Below are positions 28,069-39,142 of a DNA stretch of 64,000 bases, piece by piece. The DNA is taken from NCBI GenBank assembly GCA_964247055.1, contig OZ176055.1, positions 6,324,001 to 6,388,000 on the forward strand, in the 5' to 3' direction. Under the pieces are notes generated by a model that made no database searches, was not told the origin of the DNA, and worked only from the letters and a program-made list of their open reading frames with translations. Source of the DNA: Paragordius varius. Its lineage: Eukaryota; Animalia; Nematomorpha. How positions within the stretch are numbered: the first letter of the stretch is position 1; every line of letters begins with the position of its first letter. Made by a program: the position numbers and the translations under genes.

Positions 28069-29227
28069 AAATATTTCATTTATTCCTAACACCTCATTAC
28101 CGTTTGCAGACTCATTTTGATGTAGGTTAGGCCCTAAAAGGTATATAAATTACTAATTTGAGGTTAAAATTTAATTATCATTTTGCAGTTTTTTTCTAAA
28201 GTTTAATATCACGATAGCATTAAAACCTGATTAAACTATAAAACTGATTTTAAAATAAATATATATTAAATATTTGCGGCTTAAGTTAATTTATTTGCAT
28301 TTTTAAACATTATTTACATTTACTTGTTATTATTGAAAAATATACAAAAAATTGGCGGCTAAAATTGGAAAAGAGGATATTAAAATTTTTCAATTTCAAT
28401 TTTATTTTGAATTATGCGCCTAAAGGAAAAAAATGCATATTTTTGAATCTGGCCCAATAAATTAATAATTTTAATTCAAATTTTAATGCTCTGAAATACA
28501 AAATTACCCCAAAAAGTTTTAATAATATAAGCGAGATCAATTGTTTTTTGTTAAAAAATGGTTAAAAGGAGAGTTCCCATACTTTTTTCATTTTGCCCTT
28601 TATTTTTGAATTTACAAATCTTAATGGGTTTCCTATTATTTATAAATGATAGGTTAAGATAACATTAAAATTTCAATTTTCTGCTGTTTTTAAACCACCA
28701 TATCGACTAAAATTATACAAATATAGATGTGGATGCTTTTTAAGTTATTTTCACCTTCCTAGACTTAATTTACATATATATGTTTAATAAATATTGTAAT
28801 TTCCTTTTTGATTGTATCAATTCTCAAAAGTCTAGCGATACTCATTTTCTAGAATATTTTCCAACTCCGTAACCCAATTTTCAGTTATTTATGAATTCAT
28901 TTGTTTATGTTTAATTTAAATTTAAGAGAAACCATGTATGAAAAATTTTAACTTTGAGTTATGTGAAAAACTATAATAATAATCAACGCTATGGGAAAAG
29001 TGATTTATATATATTCATATGTGTTTTATAAAACTTCCGATCTAATACGAGATTAACATTTTTTAAAAAGTTTGATTTTTTATTTAAAATGCGATTTAAG
29101 CATTTTACCGGGAAACCCAATTCAATTTATTTCACCTATTTCGCTAAACTAAATCATTGTTTTAATTAAAATACAATCATATAAAAATTCTAATCACTTA
29201 TTTTGAAGGACACTAGGTATTTTAACT

Positions 29228-29345
29228 AGGGTTGTGCCGACCAAGTCATGACCGGGTCAATTGACCAGGTCATGACCAGGTCAGTGACTATTTATTTTTT
29301 GACCATGGTCATTTTTTAAAACAGCTGTTTTTTTGAAAAATTTCT
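29228..29345. mobile_element. Transposon end (TAGGG start) with TGACCNGGTCA palindromes; partial reverse copy at ~23300-23372
   Basis: TAGGGTTGTGCCGACC ... tgaccgggtca, tgaccaggtca x2, tgaccatggtca. Confidence 0.45.
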
Positions 29346-31867
29346 ATTAAATTTTTTGAAGAGAAATAGAAAGATTTTATGGTTTTTTAATATATTTTGT
29401 AAAAATAAATTAAATATTTAAATATGTTATTTAACAATATAAAATTGTTATACATGCATCGTTGTAACATTTTAACATATCCACTTATTTCAAAAATCAA
29501 GCACTTTGCAAAATATGCAATTATTCCTAATATGTGATTCAGTAAAATGAAAAAACATTTTATAATTGGATATTTCAATGATTAAAGAAAGTCGAAAACA
29601 AATTGGATAATATATGAAATATCCAGTATTAAAAGCTATGTATTTGAAGAATCAGAAAGCCACAAACAGGTCGCAAAATTATTTGAAAGCAAAATTCTTG
29701 ATTAAATTTGATTGAAAATATTTAATAATAAATATCAAATTGTATAATATAAACTTTTAAGAAAAAACATGACATACGCAAGTGTCGTACGAACGTTATT
29801 TTCACAATCCAATATGGCATGATATTTACTTAAGTAAAAAGTGGTCAATTAATTTTGTGTTTTTAATATATATTAACAAACTCGGAAAAAAAATTTTTTA
29901 AGTATTTAATATAATGGGCGTGGATTTGGTTGTTTTTTATAGTTTTTTATATAAATTATTGTATATTTGTATGGAACATGCTCATAATTTTTTTCACATT
30001 TTTTACAGAGTTATCATGATCTTATTTTTATTTTACGTTTTACTAAAACAGTTTCTAATATGCAGACCGAATATTATTTATATTAGTGGTCATTCGAAAT
30101 TCCTGACTGAAATGCGTTATCAATATTCATTTTGTACATTGTATATTAGAAAGGATAATTTGTTGAACAAGGTTTTTAAAATATTAAGGGGCTTTACTTT
30201 ATAAAGCTGACCATATAGCTTAAAATTTTTAATTGTTAAGATTTATTGTTCGATACAAAAAACTAATTAAAACATAAAATTTTATTAAAGTTAAGCTTTG
30301 TCTCTATTCAAAACATTGTTTGTCCTTTTAACAATATTTTGTTAAAACGCTTTAGAAAGGCGATTTTATGATTTCCACAATTAATATCGTTTTCTTTTTA
30401 ATTTATCGGTAGCGACCTTCATTCTGTTCCCATGATTTTTTACAGATGAAATATTAATGCTTAAATATACCGAATCGCTTGTGTTAGGAAATTGTCATTT
30501 TCAGTTGCCTTGGTTTTAAATTGGTGTATTAGTTTAAATTGTATATATAAATGATTAAAAATAATTTAAAAATTTATAGTCAACTTACTTTGGGGTAAAA
30601 TAAAAGGTTAGCTTTATAAAATATTTATTCCAATTGTAATATGGCTGTTAAAGTTTTATATTTATATAGATTATGCAGGTTGACTTACATTTTCAATTCA
30701 ATATTGCATATTAAAGCTTCATTAAAGTTAAAGATACAAACTGACAGTTAAAGCTGTAATTATAACACTAGACAACAAATTTTAATTTTTTTAACTGTCA
30801 TTCTTGTAAATTTAAAATTAATTTCATTAAAGTACATAATTAGTATATTTGAAAAGAAAATTTTTCTAGCATGCAAGAATTTTTTTATATTAGAGTTTAT
30901 CGATAATTTTTGGCCCCGATTTAACATTAAACTCGAAATTTCGAAAATTAAAAGTTTTAGATATGGAGCCATGTATTTTATATCATTCGAAAGAGCGCAA
31001 AAAACTGTATCCCTTAAATGGTAGTAAGTCATTTAAATCAATCGGATGTAAAAGTTATTTGGATTTAAATGGTCGAAATTTTCAATCCTTAAATAAGTCA
31101 AGAATTTTCACAGGCAAACTAATTTGAAAATCATATAAATTATTTTAATATTATTATTAGGGTTATATTAGTATTTAATTTAAAAAAAATGTTTGAAAAA
31201 GCTTTTAATATTTTACTTAGTGGATACTAAAATGCATAGTTATAACTAAATTTATTACATAATGGCTATAAAAGATCAAAAATACCTTAAACTTTTTATC
31301 TTTAAAATTTCGAAATTATCAGCCTCGTAAAGAAAATAAATTAATATTGATGAGATGGTAATTTTTAAAAAACTAAAAACTTAAAAATGGCTGTTTTGAG
31401 TGACATAAAAGTAAAAAAAATGTTTTAATCAAAATACTTTCTTGTGCTATCTTTTTTGGACATTCATCAACATCTAAACAAAGTTTGAGCTATTTTCATC
31501 CATTAGTTTTAAAAATATAATAATTAAAATGCTCTCGCTTCGCGCGTTTGTCGCTCTTTGTGTCCAATATTAACTGTCGATGTAATATATATTAGTATGC
31601 ATTTTATTTTTATTACTCTTTCGAATGATTTTTTACAAATGGGCATTACTTGTATATTTTCAAAGAAAAACATTTTTTAGTAAAATTTTGATAAAGAGGG
31701 CGCATAATCAAAAAAATCAAATTACATAAAATTCTTTTATCGAGTTATAATTTTTATTTCAGATTTACTGTTAAAATGATACTAAATATCAGAAAATGCA
31801 AAAAGCTCGAGTGGCAGAAAAATTTGCTGTTCAGTGTAATGAAACAAATCTAATAATTACATTTAAC

Positions 31868-32119
31868 CGGGGGTGTCCAACACAAATGGCTTCACGGGCC
31901 CATTCTAAATATATATGGGCATTTACATATATTATTTCAAACATAACACTGTAAAAACTAAAATTTAATACAATGTTTGCTAATTCATGCCGAAACTCGG
32001 ATGGATATATTCAGAAAATTTGTTTAACATAATTTTACTTAGATTTCGCATTTGCATCTTAAATAGGAATATTTAGGAGGGTCGCATGCGGCCTACGAGC
32101 TACTTATTGGACACCCATG
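31868..32119. mobile_element. hAT-type MITE
   Basis: CGGGGGTGTCCAAC ... TTGGACACCCATG TIRs and a GCATGCGGCC core. Confidence 0.6.
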
Positions 32120-32295
32120 TGTTAAACATTTCAAATACATTTTTTGAGATCATAACGCGATTTGGAATGATGAGATCAAAAAATTGCTTTTTATAATGTT
32201 TGCATGTAAATACAATAAAATGATTAGCCTATTGAAATAGCCCTCGTGCTTAATCTCTGTAAAGAACATATCGCGTTTAATATTTTATATTTTTT

Positions 32296-33552
32296 ACTAG
32301 CGTGAATCTCGTGCTGCTACGCAGCCCGAGGAAGTCCTTCGGACTTCTGGGGGGGAGAGGGGGTTCGAAGTTTGGATTTTAATGGGTCTACCGGTTTTCC
32401 TGTACCAGATCACAAAGCCAGCATTTTCCATTTTTATAAATATATAGATTACCATAAATAATGTTTTAATATCCATATATCTTTTAACATGCTGTAGATA
32501 TGATAGATACTCCTTACTCAGCAGCTATCATCAAAGAAACGCCTAACTAAAATTTTTGCCTTTTAACAGGCATTACGAAAAATCCTTCTCGAATTTTTAC
32601 AGTCTCATACCTTGGGCAAAAAAATACAATCAAAAAAATATTTTTGTGGACTTTGTTTTTTTTTGAAAAAAAATGGCATTTTACGGGGGGAGCGGGTAAA
32701 AAGAGGGCCTTAATCAAAAAAGTGGCTCGGCTATGTTCAGCGCAATCGAAAATAAGTAAACAAAAATCATATTTAAAATTGAATGGCCCAACACGTTCTC
32801 CGGAAAATTGTCTCAAAGACACGATTTTTGTGGACTTCTGTTTTCAAAAAAACCCGTTTTTTATACGGGGTGGGCCCGAACTGGGGGCCTATTTTAAAAA
32901 AGGGCGAAGCTATTGTCGGGACATTTATTAATGATTGTATTTTTTCGATATTTGGATTTGATTGGGTTCACCGGTTTTCCGGAAACAGATCACAAAGTTA
33001 TATGAAAAATCAGTTTTTAGCAGGTAGCTCCTTACCCAGCAGCTATCATCAAATAAACGGTAGACTAAAATTTTTGCCTTTTAACAGTGAATACGTGGAA
33101 TCTTTATTGAATTTTTACGGTCTCATACCTAGGGCGAAAAATCGATTTAAAAAATTATTTTTGTGGACTTTGTTTTTTGAAAAAGGTGGCATTTCACGGG
33201 GGGAGCGGGTAAAAAGAGGGCCTAAATCAAAAAAGTGGCTCGGCTATGTTCAGCACAATCGAAAATAAGTAAACAAAAATCATATTTAAAATTGAATGGC
33301 CCAACACGTTCTCCGGAAAATTGTCTCAAAGACACGATTTTTGTGGACTTCTGTTTTCAAAAAAACCCGTTTTTCATACGGGGTGGGCCCGAACTGGGGG
33401 CCTATTTAAAAAAAGGGCGAAGCTATTGTCGGGGCATTCATTAATGATTATATTTTTTCGATATTTGGATTTGATTGGGTCTACCGGTTTTCCTGTACCA
33501 GATCACAAAGCCAGCATTTTCCATTTTTATAAATATATAGATTTGGCCTAGT
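32296..33552 (+). mobile_element. Family E repeat (Helitron-like, tentative) with two ~519-bp tandem units
   Basis: CAGCAGCTATCATCAAA at 32519 and 33038. An identical ~65-bp block at ~32386 and ~33478 ends in TTTATAAATATATAGATTT. Hairpin CCGGTTTTCCGG. CTAGT at 33548. Confidence 0.5.
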
Positions 33553-33780
33553 GATAAAAAAATATTTTTAATAAGCTCATACCTTTTCAATAATTGTAGT
33601 TTTTATAAAGTTTTTGAATGAGAATGATGCATACTATGATATTATTGCATCATTTAATCAATACATGTCAAATCTATTTAAAGAATTAAGATTTTACTTT
33701 CCCTTTAAATGCTAGTTTATACCAAAATATTTTTCATTTAAAGATATACAAGTCTTATATGTCTAACATATCTATATTTA

Positions 33781-36043
33781 ATGTGACCAGATATTTTGCC
33801 TTTGGCGCAGTACAAAATTAAAACATATTTTGCCTGTTTTTAGACCATCGGTGTGGTATATTACACAGTTTCCACAAAAAAATATCCTGATGAAATATAC
33901 CAGGGCTTGGTACCAGAACCTGGTTCCTGGGATTTTAATAAGAATCGGTTCCATTGGGATGGAACCAACGCGGTTTCGGTTCCATTTCACCGGGAATCGC
34001 CCCGGTATTGTCTTTAAATTTTTATGTTTTGTCCGTATAATATCAATTTTTACTGTAAAAATTTTTTTATTTAAATTTGATTGTACCACTACATATTACA
34101 TACTTCAAACTTAAAATTTAAAACTAAACGACTAATATTATATTAACAAAACTCTCTTTTTGGGCCATACGGCTCTTCCATAAAAAGTAATAGTCATAAG
34201 TCGAGAGTATTTATAATACATATGTTCCTATATATAGGTATCCGTTGAAAGGAGTTTTTTCGCCCTTAATTTTCTATTTTTAGACCTGAGAAGCAGTTTG
34301 ACCATCAATTTTTATGATGCAATAATTTTTTAAGTTATTATTTTTTTAGATGCCATACTTAATTTAGCACACATTATATACCTTTGTACTTAAACATTTA
34401 TCCATTATATTTTTGAAATTTGTTTAATTTATTATGCTACACTATAATTCCTTCACGATTTGGCAATTTATAATAAATTATTTGATTTATAATTGTTTAT
34501 CTGGTTTTATTATTATAATAATAATTTTGTAAATCAGTCAGGAACCGAAAATGGAACAGGTTCTCGATGTAAAGAACCGGTTCCGGAACCGCTAAATTTA
34601 AAAGGAACCAGCGCGCTTCCGGTTTGTTCAGGAACCGACCCGGTTCCGGTTCCAAGCCCTGAAATATACATATTCGGAATATCAGGATTCTCATGGTGCT
34701 TTTAATTTTAACTTTTACGAGTTATTAAAAAAAGTTATGTTCACTTTTGCGGTAGGTGCTCCGTATAGAATTGCAAAAGGTGCGCACAATTTTCAAATAT
34801 ATTTTATGGCGAAAGTTAAATGTTTTAACAAAATATATCACTAAAATATAACATAAACTACGTATAAAAAGCACAACAATATTTTTAGAAAATTTAGATT
34901 ATTAGATGTGGGCTCTAAAAATCCCAAGTGTTTTGACTCTTTTAAATGGACTGTTCTCTTAAAATAAACACAAAAATTCCGACATTGTATTTAAATATAC
35001 GCTATATTTTGATATCAACCGGATATATTTTTTAAAAAATGCATACTTTCAAATATATATTATATAGCAAAATTTTGTTGAAGACTTCATACTATTTTGA
35101 TGATGGACGATATAAACGATTGAGATGTTATAACACTTTATATATATAATTCGATAGTGCTAAACATTTTTCTCACTCAGAAATTTGAAATATTAGTTCG
35201 TTTTCAAATTTATTTTAAATAAAAATTGTGTTGTAACAAAAATTCACCAAAATCTGCAAAACAAACATAATTAAAATTCTGAACCTATAGTAATTTTGAA
35301 TATCATCGAATTATTTGTAAAAAGGGCATTATATCTTTAAGCGTTATATCGTTTCCATCATGCTTTAAAATAGTTTTGAGTACGCTTCAACAAAATATCT
35401 CAAATGTGTTTATGCAAAAAGTGAGAAAACTAATAAAAATTAAAGTTTAGGAAAAAATTAAGAAACGTAATTTTTTTACGAAAAAAAGGTTGTTTCGAAA
35501 TCATATGCCATGTATATAAATAATATGTAAGGGAATAACAATTTTCTATATAATTTTCCGTTTGACGATTATAAAAAAAATGAACTTTCTAAACTGGATC
35601 AAAGATTTATTAAAATATCAGAAATTTTGATTTAAAATTTTGGCATCTCTTTTTGCTGAAGCTCTGATTGAAAGAGCCATACTGAATATTACAGTGGAGT
35701 TCGAGATTTATAATTTCGCCATTGCGAAAGACGCCGAATTATAAGCGGTTTGACCGATCCAAATCCAATTATTTGTATAATTCGAGCAAAAAATAAAATA
35801 TTAACCAATAAAAATAGGCTTAGTCTCAGTTTACCGCAAAATAACCCATTTCTTTAATTATGGGGTTATTTTTACAGAGGGTAGTGTATCGAATTCTAAA
35901 ATATTTTTTTTGAATAAATAAAAGTAATTAATTTATATTTATAAATTAGTTTTTTAATTTCAAAAAGCAGTACGGCAGTAGAGTCTCTGTTTTTTTCTGA
36001 AAACCCAGTACTGTAATGTGAAAAACAACCTATCTAGTCACAT
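33781..36043 (+). mobile_element. Family A element with a nested family B insertion
   Basis: TA|ATGTGACCAGATA ... TATCTAGTCACAT|TA. Confidence 0.8.
33901..34661. mobile_element. hAT-type MITE (family B) nested in family A
   Basis: TIR CAGGGCTTGG / CCAAGCCCTG with a perfect 8-bp TSD AAATATAC (33893-33900, 34662-34669). Confidence 0.9.
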
Positions 36044-36234
36044 TAATTATATCCCCAGAAGTCAACCCAACCTTCTACGCAACTAGGCGGCTCTCACTGA
36101 ACCACTATTTACTGGTGTATGGAAATGCAGTAAGGGACGCCTTTTGTAAACGTTGGCGATCTGGTTCTGATACACCTTGACACTGTGGTAAAAGTCGATT
36201 GCATACTAACCTTGAAAAGTTAATTAATGGTAAA

Positions 36235-37074
36235 ATGAGTGATTCAGAATCGAAGCGTAAATATTATTATAAAAAATAGATGTTCATTCAAGTAATATCG
36301 GACCCGAATATCAAGCAGATATTAAAGACTTTAATAATAGTATACCAGTATCAGAAATACCTGATAAGGATATTTTAATTTGGAAACCAATTAAGGGCAC
36401 TGATTATGAAAAATTTCTTAATTTTGTAAAGTTTGCGCATTTTAAACACGGATTTACATACGATCAATCATTAGCATTTATTACCAAATTTGGTTTAAAT
36501 GAAGCCGTGAAAGAGTTAAATAAATGGGACACTATTAATGTTATGTGGACCTTAGTAGAAAAGTCCTTGTTTGAACAAGCATTTAAAATTTGCAGTAAAA
36601 ATTTTGCAATGATTCAAGAAATAGTATATATTTTATTAATATTAGCTTCCATATAAAACTTTGGGTCAAATTATTAATTATTATTACTATCGAAAACGTT
36701 ACAAATATAGAAAGCGTTTAATGGACGAAAAGGTTAAAATCTACCCCGAATTGTATCAATGTAACTCTCCCCAATCTAAACAAACATTTAGTTTTTTAAA
36801 ACCATCTTTATGGAAAAAAGAAAAAATGTTTCCGTATCAAGCATCTTGTCCTTTATATCTATCAGATTTTAAAATATTATTAGAAAATATTCCGAAAAAA
36901 TCAAATACATGCTATCCTTCAAAAAGCACATTTATTCAAGCAGCCCCTACATTTTGTGACAAACTTTTTCACAACTACGACAAAAAAATATACGAATTGA
37001 ATTGTCAAGTTCGCCAAAACTATCAAATAATCGCTAAAAAATTGCACGCTAACAACATCCCAGTTATAAATTAA
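36235..37074 (+). CDS. RCOR: REST corepressor (CoREST)-like ELM2-SANT protein, ~264 aa, lacking SANT2. Exons 36235-36256, 36280-36623, 36646-37074
   Basis: NIGPEYQADI..LIWKP..HFKHGFTYDQSLAF (ELM2), WTLVEKSLFEQAFKICSKNFAMIQEILPYKTLGQIINYYY (SANT1), LYLSDF..DKKIYELNCQVRQNYQ (linker). Introns of 23 and 22 nt. Confidence 0.8.
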
Positions 37075-37108
37075 TACATTCATTCGTTTTGCAAAATTCC
37101 ATGCTTGA

Positions 37109-37468
37109 ATGGTCCGTTTAAAACACAGATATTTTTTAATCAAAATCATTCATCAACATCATAAACGTACAATTCAAATCAATGAAAACCAAATTATTAA
37201 TATTGTCAAAGAGCACGTTTCTCAATTCTATGGAGATTATGGCATAGGGTTGGTCGGACCCTCGCTTCAAATCAAATTATTTTTAAGGGACAAAAACATT
37301 TTTGTTTTACGAGTAAATAAAAAAGGCTTTCGGATCGTTGGCTCCATATTACCATTTATAACCAAATATAATGATTTTAGTGGAATTTTCCATACACTTT
37401 ATGTCGGTGGAACTATTTTAAAATGCCAAAAACGACTTATAAAATTGCTAAAATCTCAAATTCAATGA
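37109..37468 (+). CDS. POP5: RNase P/MRP protein subunit POP5, intronless, 119 aa
   Basis: MVRLKHRYFL ... LPFITKY ... FHTLYVGGTILKCQKRLI. Confidence 0.92.
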   Translation: MVRLKHRYFLIKIIHQHHKRTIQINENQIINIVKEHVSQFYGDYGIGLVGPSLQIKLFLRDKNIFVLRVNKKGFRIVGSILPFITKYNDFSGIFHTLYVGGTILKCQKRLIKLLKSQIQ

Positions 37469-38421
37469 TCTAATTTATTTTCATTTTTTGTGATACCATA
37501 AATTTGATGTAATATTATTCCTGCGGCAACTGACACATTCAAACTATCGTTGAGATCAATATTTTCTTTAGAAAACTTCTTGCATATATCTCGATCCATT
37601 GGAATATTTATAATACAATCCGAACACCTAACAATATTATCTGGGATTCCAAATCCTTCGTTGCCTGAAATTTTTAGATATATTTTTTTACCAAATATAA
37701 TTAGCCTAGATTTCTGTGGAAGATTTGTTAAAGAATTTAATGGTACATAATTTGGCACTGTCCTGGATCCTGTTGATAAAATAAAAAAATTTTTGGACTT
37801 TAACATCTTTATAATGTTGATTAACGATACCTCAATAAATTTATACGTGTTATCAATTTGATATATGGGTAAAAATTCCATTGTTCCGGAACTTGCTTTG
37901 CTTACAACATTAGTCAATGGGCATGAGATTTGATCTAAAAAGATTTTTGTAACTCCAAAATAAAAACAATTACGTAGAAGAGCACCTAAATTCATTGGAT
38001 CCTAAAATAATAAATTTTTTACTAATATTTTATGCAACAGGACCCAAGTTTTAATCTCATCATTTGATATAAATTTATCTTCTACAAACAATGTTGGCTG
38101 TAAGGTTTTTGTTTTAATCATGATACCCTTTATTTTATTAAAAGATTTAACTTGATGGGGCCTGTTTTGGCTAACTTTGTCAAGATAATCACGGTTCTTA
38201 TAAGTTATTGATACTCCTCTTTCATCCAACATATGTTTACATTTAACTAATTTTGTGTTTGTTTCAAAATTTTCTTTCAATAGAGCTGTTTTAAATATTC
38301 TTTTATTTGTTACAAGAGCATTTAGGCATGGACTTATTCCATATAAATATTCAGACTTTGGCTTTTTAAATGAGGATAGATACACCTTAGGTAAAAACCA
38401 CGTTTTTTTGCACACAGTCAT
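37462..38421 (-). CDS. MRM1: Mitochondrial rRNA methyltransferase 1 (SPOUT). Exons 38421-38152, 38127-38023, 38001-37692, 37664-37462
   Basis: YLYGISPCLNAL, PHQ|GIMI, IL|DPMNLGALLRNCFYFGV, SKASSGTME, IIFG|NEGFG, SLNVSVAAGIILH. Removing introns of 24, 21 and 27 nt restores the motifs. Start codon less certain. Confidence 0.88.
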
Positions 38422-39142
38422 TTAATCTGGTTGTAGCGTTTGAATTTATTTCAAAACTGGTTATAAATGCGAAACATTTGTCTTAATTGTGCCATTCTAA
38501 ATATAAGAGAAAATTATTTATTTTTGCATTTCAAATTTCATCACCCACCAATTACAGTAAAATAAATGAAAAGCGCAAACGACTCCGCTAAAATTTACTG
38601 CACAGTAAAAAATTGACATTCAAAACTTTGAAACTAAAAGATAGATAAAAGACAACCAATTTTTTAAACCTTAATTATAACTAATCGTTTTGGGTCAATT
38701 TATAGGAATGTAAAAACCCAAATTTATAATTAAATAATTGTTTATGAAAGGAAATTCAACGTTTACAAAAGTTTGGTTGTCATATTTAAAAAAATTGTCT
38801 TTTATTTTTTACGTTGTCTGTATAATTTCATGGTGTAAAAGGAAGAGACTAAAATAATAATTATGGTGTAAGGCAAAAAAAATAATAATAATTTTTTGTT
38901 TTTGTACAATTTCGCGATATTATTAAATTAAAATAACATAACAAATTAAAAGACCTAAAAATAAGTTTTCAACATTGAAAGGATTTTATTAAGTTCGCTT
39001 TGGTTTAAGGAGTTTTTCCTATAATCTTTCAAAAATTTATTTTGTATATATATTTACATTATTGCTTGTCGTTTGAAATTTAAAAAAGGTTATAATAATG
39101 CACACTTTGTAAAATCACACATATACATCTAAATATAATCTT

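Noticed and set aside
29380-31860. Short ORFs and exon-like pieces between IDH2 and family E
   Set aside because: No consistent frame or recognisable motif could be assembled, and AT-rich chance ORFs are likely.
32547-33551. Five overlapping ORFs as genes
   Set aside because: They lie within the 519-bp tandem units and recur at 61597, and have no recognisable domain.
36045-36215. RNase P/MRP RNA or U5 snRNA next to POP5
   Set aside because: The conserved P4 motifs are absent, and GCCTTTTGT does not match the U5 loop GCCUUUUAC with its stem.
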